DNA from: Candidatus Heimdallarchaeota archaeon
GTDB taxonomy: Archaea > Asgardarchaeota > Heimdallarchaeia > JABLTI01
Direction: 5' to 3'
NCBI GenBank assembly: GCA_019056785.1
Contig: DXJV01000060.1
Span: 1 to 15,470, forward strand
DNA length: 15,470 nt
Both the position numbers and the translations under genes were made by a program. The first letter of the stretch is position 1; the number at the start of each line of letters is the position of its first letter. The notes under the pieces were generated by a model. The model ran no database searches and was not told where the DNA came from. It saw only the letters and a program-made list of their open reading frames with translations. Of this stretch, positions 7,325 through 13,785 are shown piece after piece.

Positions 7325-7352
7325 TATGATTGAATTCACAAAGAAGTCTATT

Positions 7353-7628
7353 TTAAATCTTTTTACATGATTGGATTGATTCATAGGCGGCGTCAATCCA
7401 CCGGAAAAAAGAGCTAAGAATGGCTCGTAAAGAAACGAAGTCAGTGGCATAGAATCGGAGCACTAATTGATTGCTGTTTTGTTTCTCAATTGTACAGCGG
7501 GAGCGCGGAGAAATGGTAACAATGGTTTCCGGGTAGAGAGCTTGATAAATCGTCTCCACCTCTCGGGAGTCATTTAAAGTTAACACCAACTCAGAGCTAA
7601 ATTCCTGCTCTTGAGGGTGAGCTTGCAT
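7353..7628 (-). CDS. pcc1: KEOPS complex subunit Pcc1
   Basis: 91 aa with IYQALYPE...RSR...LVLRFYATDFVSLRAILSSFFRWI, the Pcc1 pattern. It sits in its usual position after brix in the exosome superoperon. Confidence 0.9.
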   Translation of the reverse strand: MQAHPQEQEFSSELVLTLNDSREVETIYQALYPETIVTISPRSRCTIEKQNSNQLVLRFYATDFVSLRAILSSFFRWIDAAYESIQSCKKI

Positions 7629-7689
7629 GACTTTCTTTTTTGTAATGGTTCATCCGTCCCAATTATTGCCTTCATAATTAAAGCAAAGA

Positions 7690-8340
7690 TTAATTTTTTA
7701 CCCTTTTCCTTTTTCCCAAACCTAAAAGATTCATGAGCGACTTGATCACTTCGCCTTTTTTCCCCAAGTAAACATCAGAGATGGTAATCCGTGGGCCTAT
7801 AAACTCTTTTGTTTCTATTTGTTGAAACTCCAGAGTGATATTACTTTTGGGAGAATCAGAAAGAAAAACAGCTATGCCTTTCAAATTTGGCTCGTAAATT
7901 AATTCACGGGAACGTTCAAAATTAAAGAAGATGGAGAGCATAGTATACAACTGCTCGCCAAAGTCAGATGAACATTTGTTAATAACTCTGAATTTAGAAT
8001 TCTTCGTAAAAATGGATCGACCCCGACGCAATTCTCGCGCAAGAGCGATACCTTTGATGCGTATACGATAGTCACGTTCAACTAGCTTTCCATTCACCAA
8101 TTTATAGAATTTAGCAAGGCTTGGATTACCCTTTTTTTCATGAATGATCATGAGACGATTAATTCCTAAAGAGGTAAGCTCCGCTGCCAGATCGTTTAAA
8201 CTACAAGATCCTCTTGTAAAATGAAAAGACCAAGGGATAACCCGAACCAAATCCCGAACGAATGACCGGGTTCTTTGGCTGGGTTTCCTAGAAGTTGTTA
8301 TCACGAATTTCTCATAAGGAGCAATGATTCGTTCAGTCAT
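7690..8340 (-). CDS. Archaeal Brix/Imp4-family ribosome biogenesis protein
   Basis: VITTSRKPSQRTRSFVRDL, TRGSCSLNDL, IIHEKKGNPS and C-terminal FIGPRITI. Coupled to rpl37ae by an ATGA overlap. Confidence 0.92.
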   Translation of the reverse strand: MTERIIAPYEKFVITTSRKPSQRTRSFVRDLVRVIPWSFHFTRGSCSLNDLAAELTSLGINRLMIIHEKKGNPSLAKFYKLVNGKLVERDYRIRIKGIALARELRRGRSIFTKNSKFRVINKCSSDFGEQLYTMLSIFFNFERSRELIYEPNLKGIAVFLSDSPKSNITLEFQQIETKEFIGPRITISDVYLGKKGEVIKSLMNLLGLGKRKRVKN

Positions 8341-8627
8341 CTCTTAGACTTCTCTAAACGTTGGTCTTCTAAGCTCACAGCTGCTCGTAATGCTGAACGT
8401 CCAGCGGGGGTTACAGGAACCCACGCTCCACCAGCGAAATTGAGGTTGCATTTAGAGCAATGCCAGATACCAATGGATTTTCGTTTCACTGTTGGGCTCG
8501 CACAATTCGGACATCTGTGGCTCGCATTCATACTATTCTCGACTTTCAAGAATCGCTTTTTCACTTGGGAACCATAGCGAGGGCCGAAACGTCCTGTTGA
8601 GCCTACTTTTTTTGTTCTTCTTGTCAT
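8337..8627 (-). CDS. rpl37ae: Large-subunit ribosomal protein eL43 (L37Ae)
   Basis: MTRRTKKVGSTGRFGPRYG, zinc finger CPNC...GIWHCSKC, and FAGGAW. Confidence 0.98.
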   Translation of the reverse strand: MTRRTKKVGSTGRFGPRYGSQVKKRFLKVENSMNASHRCPNCASPTVKRKSIGIWHCSKCNLNFAGGAWVPVTPAGRSALRAAVSLEDQRLEKSKR

Positions 8628-8663
8628 AGGTATTACTCGCCATTAATTCTTCTTTAAATGTTG

Positions 8664-9515
8664 TTATCTTTCTTCAGACCAGGGATAACCCTCTGGATTG
8701 ATGATGGAATTTAATTTGCTTCTTATTTCTTTCGTTCTTTCTGATGCAATGTCAATGCATTTCTTGATTTCGTCGATAGTGAAGCTTCCAGAGCCGCCTT
8801 TTTGTGTTGCACAGATTTTGTTTTCTTCGGTAAAGGAGAGGGTCAATCGTGCATCTGCAATGCTTTCTTCCTTTAGTAAGGGATCGATAATGATGTTTGT
8901 GCCGATTTTTGCAAAGGTGTTGCTAATTGGAATATGGTCTAATTGGATTGGTTTCTTTGTTTCGAGTACTTCTACATCTTCTATTCCGTCTTCATTTGTG
9001 ATGATTTTACATTCAGGAAGTTGAGTATGCATTAAAGCTGTCAAGGCAGCAAGCTCACAAGCATCAAAAAGATTCCCATCATTATCCAAGACATAAATGT
9101 CTATGAAGAGTATCCAGACCTTCTTTCCTGGAATGATAACAAGTGAGTCTTGACTGACACATTTGGACTCACGAATTGCCCGATCAGTCACACGTGCAAG
9201 CTCAATTGCGTCCTCTCGTGGAGGCCCAGACTCGAAATCAGGGGAGGCGAGAGGGATTAATTCTACAGTTGCAGTTACCACTCCTTCCTCCGGCGTGTCT
9301 TCGAAAGGTTCGCCAATGGAGGCTTTTACGCCAGCAATGACTTTGGTGCGGCCAATTTTTACGATCGCCGAGCCTTCTGCTTTCGGAACGAAATTTGGGA
9401 TGGCAGTGATAGTTCTATATTCATCAAAATTTCTACCGTCAATTCGTTTTCCATGGATTAAGAGTGAATTTATATGTTCACGTTCTACCATGCTTATTAA
9501 TCCTTTATCACTCAT
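8664..9515 (-). CDS. rrp42: Exosome complex subunit Rrp42
   Basis: RNase PH fold motifs RIDGRNFDEYR, KAEGSAIVKIG, PFEDTPEEG, FESGPP, ELARVTDRAIRES, DGNLFDA and QKGGSG. Start is probably ATG 9515, preceded by GGAGG. Confidence 0.97.
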   Translation of the reverse strand: MSDKGLISMVEREHINSLLIHGKRIDGRNFDEYRTITAIPNFVPKAEGSAIVKIGRTKVIAGVKASIGEPFEDTPEEGVVTATVELIPLASPDFESGPPREDAIELARVTDRAIRESKCVSQDSLVIIPGKKVWILFIDIYVLDNDGNLFDACELAALTALMHTQLPECKIITNEDGIEDVEVLETKKPIQLDHIPISNTFAKIGTNIIIDPLLKEESIADARLTLSFTEENKICATQKGGSGSFTIDEIKKCIDIASERTKEIRSKLNSIINPEGYPWSEER

Positions 9516-9535
9516 TGTTCTGTTTTCCTCCAAAG

Positions 9536-10495
9536 TTATTCTTTTGCTTCCTCGTCTTTCTTAGGAGGGGTTTTTTTCTCCTTCTTCTTCGAGGTTTTCT
9601 TTTTCTTTTCTGATTCTTCAGATTGTTCACTCTTGGCTTTTTTAGCGGAAGCTTTTTTCTTAGGGGTTTTTTCCTCTGTTTCTTTTTTCTCTTCCGTTTT
9701 CTCACCTTTCTTCTTTTCTACTTTTGCTTCAGTGGGTTCTGGTTCAACTTCTACCGGCTCAATAATTTCTTCAGTGATTTTTGCGTATTTATTGGTTATC
9801 GCTTCGCGTTGCAATTTATAGATCGTCTGACAAGCATCCATTAGAAGATCAAGAGCCTCTTTGTACTGCTCAGGGTTGAATACACCATCAGATTGCAAGA
9901 GAACAACTTCTCCAGACAGAGGGAGAACTGCTATTGGGAGGTCTCCTTGTCCTTCCTTATCTTCAACATCATCCAAATCAATAACCACTTCGCCATTGAG
10001 ATTACCTGCAGCACAACCGACAACTAAATCCTTCATCGGGATGCCGGCATCAGCTAATGCTAATGCTGCAGCAGTTATAGAAGCGCATCGTGAACCACCA
10101 TCGGCTTGAAGAACTTCAATAAAGACATCGATTACCGACCGAGGGTAGAGATAGTCAAAGACTGCCGGTTCAATTGCCTCAGCAAGAATCTTTGAGATTT
10201 CTTTTTCACGGCGTTTGGGCGCAGGACTTTTTCGTTCTGTGACAGAAAAAGTTGCCATACGATATTCACAGCGAATAAGAGCTCTATCGGGTAAGGCCAT
10301 ATGTTTTGGATGCAGCTCTCGTGGACCGTATACTGCTGCCAAGATTTTGTTCTTACCCCAATAAATAATAGCTGATCCATCAGCACGGTCTAATATTCCT
10401 ACTTCAAATCTAATTTCTCTAAGATCAGTTTTTTTCCGTCCATCATGGCGAATGCCATTTTTTGTGATTAAAACTGTTTTTTCTTTATTTGTCAT
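9536..10495 (-). CDS. rrp41: Exosome complex catalytic subunit Rrp41 with long K/E-rich C-terminal tail
   Basis: RHDGR, ADGSA, AAVYGPRE, YRMATFS.TERK, RREKEISK, YPRSVID, QADGGSR (phosphate site) and EDKEGQGDLP (catalytic Asp residues). Start is probably ATG 10495 after GGTGA. Confidence 0.98.
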   Translation of the reverse strand: MTNKEKTVLITKNGIRHDGRKKTDLREIRFEVGILDRADGSAIIYWGKNKILAAVYGPRELHPKHMALPDRALIRCEYRMATFSVTERKSPAPKRREKEISKILAEAIEPAVFDYLYPRSVIDVFIEVLQADGGSRCASITAAALALADAGIPMKDLVVGCAAGNLNGEVVIDLDDVEDKEGQGDLPIAVLPLSGEVVLLQSDGVFNPEQYKEALDLLMDACQTIYKLQREAITNKYAKITEEIIEPVEVEPEPTEAKVEKKKGEKTEEKKETEEKTPKKKASAKKAKSEQSEESEKKKKTSKKKEKKTPPKKDEEAKE

Positions 10496-10519
10496 TTTTT
10501 TCACCTTAAATTAACATAC

Positions 10520-11269
10520 CTATTTTTTAGGTTGTTCTCCTTTTGCAGTTGGTTTACCCATTTTTTTCCTTGCATCTTCTAGGAATTCTTTAACACGATC
10601 AGTTAACCCTGTTGTGTGTGCTTCTCGGTCAATTTTTTCAATTGCCTGGAGAACAAGATATTCTTCTTCAAAGCTATTACCCTTAAACCAAACACGACCA
10701 TTTTGCCCGACAATCATGCGGCAATTGGTGTATTGTTTGATAGTGGAGATCATGCTTCCTCTCCGTCCAATTAGCCTTGGAATTTTTGAAGGGCTAATTT
10801 CAATGACTCGACCACCTATGAGTTTCCCCAAAAAGGTCGTTGAGCCCGAACGATTGTTATCGCGGAGAGTCAAGACAGGATCACGAGTTCGATCGAAGGA
10901 AAATACCTTCGCAGAGATGACATCACCGATGTCAAAGAATTTTCGCGTGTGATCTTTGACAGGGTCGAATCGTCTGTCTAGTGATGTCGCCGGTCGTAAG
11001 ATGCCCGGATAAGGGCTTGCAATATCCACTGTCCAAGTATTAAGAGAAACGTCTGTAACTTTTCCAATTACAGTGTCACCCACTCGAGGGATATATTTCC
11101 CTTTGAGAGAAACCACATTGATATAATCATCTTTGATTGAGACTAAACCAATAACCTGAGAAATTATCCGTTTGTCTTTTCGATAAACGTTTTGACCAAC
11201 ATTATAATTTCCCTCGGCAATGATTTCTCCAGGAGTGACCATTGAACGATTTTCAATAAAAATTGTCAT
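10520..11269 (-). CDS. rrp4: Exosome complex RNA-binding cap subunit Rrp4 (S1 plus KH)
   Basis: VTPGE, YIPRVGDTVIGKV (S1), IPRLIGRRGSMI (KH GxxG), IVGQNGRVW and EAHTTGLTDRV. GGTGA Shine-Dalgarno-like sequence upstream. Confidence 0.97.
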   Translation of the reverse strand: MTIFIENRSMVTPGEIIAEGNYNVGQNVYRKDKRIISQVIGLVSIKDDYINVVSLKGKYIPRVGDTVIGKVTDVSLNTWTVDIASPYPGILRPATSLDRRFDPVKDHTRKFFDIGDVISAKVFSFDRTRDPVLTLRDNNRSGSTTFLGKLIGGRVIEISPSKIPRLIGRRGSMISTIKQYTNCRMIVGQNGRVWFKGNSFEEEYLVLQAIEKIDREAHTTGLTDRVKEFLEDARKKMGKPTAKGEQPKK

Positions 11270-11323
11270 TTTCTATCACCGTATTTTATTAACATTAGTT
11301 AGTTTGTTTGTTTTTTTCTACTT

Positions 11324-12061
11324 TTAGAGCGACTTTCTTTCGACGATTTTTACTTCAGCTTTACCTTTCGTTAATTGATTTATTTTATCGAGAAAGTCTG
11401 CTTGCTTGCCGGATGGCATTTCTACTTTTGCATACCAAACACCATCATTGCCCCATTGATCTTCCAAAATTTCACCAGCCCCTGACACAATACCAAAAGC
11501 TGGTCCGGTGTATTCTGGAGGGATTTTTACTGCTAAAACAACTGTTTCGAGCCGGATAGGGATAATTGTTTGAATTTGTTTAATGATGTCTTTTGCTTGT
11601 TTTTCAGCCGGCTGCACATAATCAATCTGAACGCCTGCTTCATCCATGGCAGATTCTATTCTTGCTGGAGGATGTGGCTTGTTCGTTTGAGGATTAATAC
11701 AATGAATGTGAATGAAATTGATAATCTCATCGATTTTGTCTTTTAAGAGCCGCTTTCTTTGTGCTTGTGTTAACTGAAGAGCCCCTTTTTCGAGGATGAT
11801 TTTTACAACCGCCTCTTCATCTGCTGTTCCAAAAATATCTTCCAAAATAGCAGAGGAGGCTTTTTCTCCTTTAGTTGCATTATGAAAAACAATAAAACCC
11901 TCTACAATTTCATTGATTGGTACATCTTTTCCTCGTTTGAAGTCAAGAGCTGATTCAGGGTCGACAATTATTTCAAATTTCTGATTTCGATAATTATACC
12001 GTACTAAAGCTTTCTTTTCAAGATCAATATATTGTCGTCTTTCTCCAGAATCATGGGACAT
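11324..12061 (-). CDS. sdo1: Ribosome maturation factor SBDS/Sdo1
   Basis: KFEIIVDP, KGEKAS, FGT, GALQLTQAQRK, INPQTNKPHPPARIESAM, IIPIR and INQLTKGKAE. Start is probably ATG 12061 (AAGGTG upstream) rather than TTG 12178. Confidence 0.96.
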   Translation of the reverse strand: MSHDSGERRQYIDLEKKALVRYNYRNQKFEIIVDPESALDFKRGKDVPINEIVEGFIVFHNATKGEKASSAILEDIFGTADEEAVVKIILEKGALQLTQAQRKRLLKDKIDEIINFIHIHCINPQTNKPHPPARIESAMDEAGVQIDYVQPAEKQAKDIIKQIQTIIPIRLETVVLAVKIPPEYTGPAFGIVSGAGEILEDQWGNDGVWYAKVEMPSGKQADFLDKINQLTKGKAEVKIVERKSL

Positions 12062-12217
12062 AGTTTTAACACCTTTTATCCTTAATTGTTTGTTTGGTCT
12101 GTTTTTTTCAGTTAAAGCAAAAAACTCTTTTGTTCCCCTTGAATCTTTCCAATGAAAAGGTTTCTCATTACTTTTCAAGCCACAAAGGTTGATGGCTTAT
12201 AGGCAATGTCAAGGGTC

Positions 12218-12280
12218 TCGATCTAATCGAAAGAGGAAGTCTACTTGAATATTTAACTATGACTTTATAGGTTAGATCGA
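12218..12280. repeat. Imperfect inverted repeat / long hairpin upstream of the exosome operon
   Basis: TCGATCTAA (12218-12226) pairs with TTAGATCGA (12272-12280). Nested AAGTC (12237-12241) pairs with GACTT (12261-12265), with weaker inner pairing. Confidence 0.5.
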
Positions 12281-12419
12281 TTTTTGATGGTTTTTTTGCT
12301 TTATATTAACCACTAAATTCGCATCCCTAAATAAGTTTTACCTCAAGAGTGATAACAAAACAAGGAAAAAAGAGAAGAAAAAGGCACTTTTTAAGAAGAA
12401 AAGGTTGCAGGAGAAAGCT

Positions 12420-12884
12420 TTAAGCTTTCGCCGTTTCTTCTCTCGGGGTGCTACTCATTAAGAACCATAAGGTAATAACAATGACACCAACCAAAGCAAT
12501 GATGAAGATTAGCCATTGTACCACTAACGTTGGAGGATTATCTGCCGGGAGCAAGTCAGCATCATAATTTGCCAAGCTCCCAATGAAAATGGGGGGAAGG
12601 AGAGTAATAAGCATGCAAATAATCATCTCTGTCCAGCCTGGAAGAGCATTCATCTTTTCCCGGATACTACCAATGAGCAGTAAAAAGTTGAAGTAAATAA
12701 ACCAGAATAAAAAGCCCAGTAAGATAGCCCAAACCCAAGGGTTGGCAAGCCAATTTAGACCTGTAATGTCTTTTTCATCGAAGGGATAGACAGCTAGAAC
12801 GGCAATCACTACTAAAAGAAGAACAATTGAAATGGAAGAAATAAGAATTGTTCTATTTATTTTATCGCGCCAGATAGTCGACAT
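12420..12884 (-). CDS. Hypothetical integral membrane protein (about 4 TM helices)
   Basis: 154-aa ORF with four hydrophobic segments and a GGAG upstream of the ATG; no family recognised. Confidence 0.8.
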   Translation of the reverse strand: MSTIWRDKINRTILISSISIVLLLVVIAVLAVYPFDEKDITGLNWLANPWVWAILLGFLFWFIYFNFLLLIGSIREKMNALPGWTEMIICMLITLLPPIFIGSLANYDADLLPADNPPTLVVQWLIFIIALVGVIVITLWFLMSSTPREETAKA

Positions 12885-13134
12885 GTTTAACTTGCAACTC
12901 CAAGATCATCTTTTAATTTGCTTTGCTGACAGTTTGTGAGTTTTTTCTTTCTTTAAATTTGTTATCATTTATTTAAGTATTATCTTAATATCTAATCTAA
13001 AAATGCACTTCCTTTTGATGGCAAGAAGGTGTAAGAGGAAGATTTTGGCGGGAAAAATTTACTCAAAATCCAAACCAAAAAACGTATTAAGAATTGTAAG
13101 AAACTACTATTGGAATAATTGTTTGGTGATTAAG

Positions 13135-13335
13135 TTGACTGAGAAGAAATCAACAGGTTCAGAGGTTTGGCGGCCAGATGTATATATTTGTAATGAGTGC
13201 CAGCATCGTTTTGATAAAGCAAAATATATTACCATCACAGAGGATGACATAGTTTTTCAGAGAGCAGTCTGTCCAAAATGCAATAGCGAGAATATTCGGC
13301 TCTCTTCTTGGTCAGAAAAAGACTTCAAAAAATGA
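13135..13335 (+). CDS. Small zinc-ribbon protein (two CxxC motifs)
   Basis: YICNECQHRF...AVCPKCNSENI. Likely start is TTG 13135 after GGTGA, giving 66 aa; the longer track ORF begins in AT-rich intergenic-like DNA. Confidence 0.75.
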   Translation: MTEKKSTGSEVWRPDVYICNECQHRFDKAKYITITEDDIVFQRAVCPKCNSENIRLSSWSEKDFKK

Positions 13336-13340
13336 GGGAA

Positions 13341-13646
13341 TTAGGCGTAATCACTAGGGCGCTCAAAGCCAAAAATTACTGTGAAAAGGAACATCACCAC
13401 GCCAATAAGTGCAAGCCAAAAGCCGGCATTTTCTTTTACAATTGCACCTGTTCGATAAAAGACGATAATTCCGGCAATCATTAAAATTATTGCTACCCCA
13501 ATGAAGATCAGCGTAAATCCACTAAATTTTAAGAATGTTTGATAAGGAGTTTTTTTAGGCGCCACTTCCTGTTGCTTTGCAGCGTCCAGGCTTGTGGATG
13601 GGTCATTTTTTTCGTGCATACTTAAACTTAAGGGGTTTGCTTTCAT
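13341..13646 (-). CDS. Hypothetical membrane protein (2 TM helices)
   Basis: Hydrophilic N-terminus followed by FSGFTLIFIGVAIILMIAGIIVFY and AGFWLALIGVVMFLFTVIFGF. Start is 13646 or 13619. Confidence 0.7.
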   Translation of the reverse strand: MKANPLSLSMHEKNDPSTSLDAAKQQEVAPKKTPYQTFLKFSGFTLIFIGVAIILMIAGIIVFYRTGAIVKENAGFWLALIGVVMFLFTVIFGFERPSDYA

Positions 13647-13785
13647 ATTTATTTCGGAATGGCTGATTACAGGTTAAAGAAAACCACTCAATGAAAAAAC
13701 ATTTAAAGAGCCCAAGGGTTTCTTCGAGAACATTAAATAATAGAAAATAGTGAAAAAATTCCCTTCTAACTGAGGTCCTCATGAA

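Noticed and set aside
7124-7333. Plus-strand 69-aa ORF
   Set aside because: It is an antisense shadow of rps30e.
7284-7352. Ubiquitin-like fusion to eS30 (as in animal FAU)
   Set aside because: An in-frame TAG lies 5 codons upstream of the ATG, and only ~70 nt separate the gene from pcc1.
9508-9705. Very basic 65-aa ORF (MRKRKRKKK...), protamine-like
   Set aside because: It is an alternative-frame reading of the A/G-rich Rrp41 tail and has no independent start signals.
12062-12178. N-terminal extension of SBDS from TTG 12178
   Set aside because: The region is A/T-run-rich and intergenic-like. ATG 12061 has a Shine-Dalgarno-like sequence and gives a normal SBDS length.
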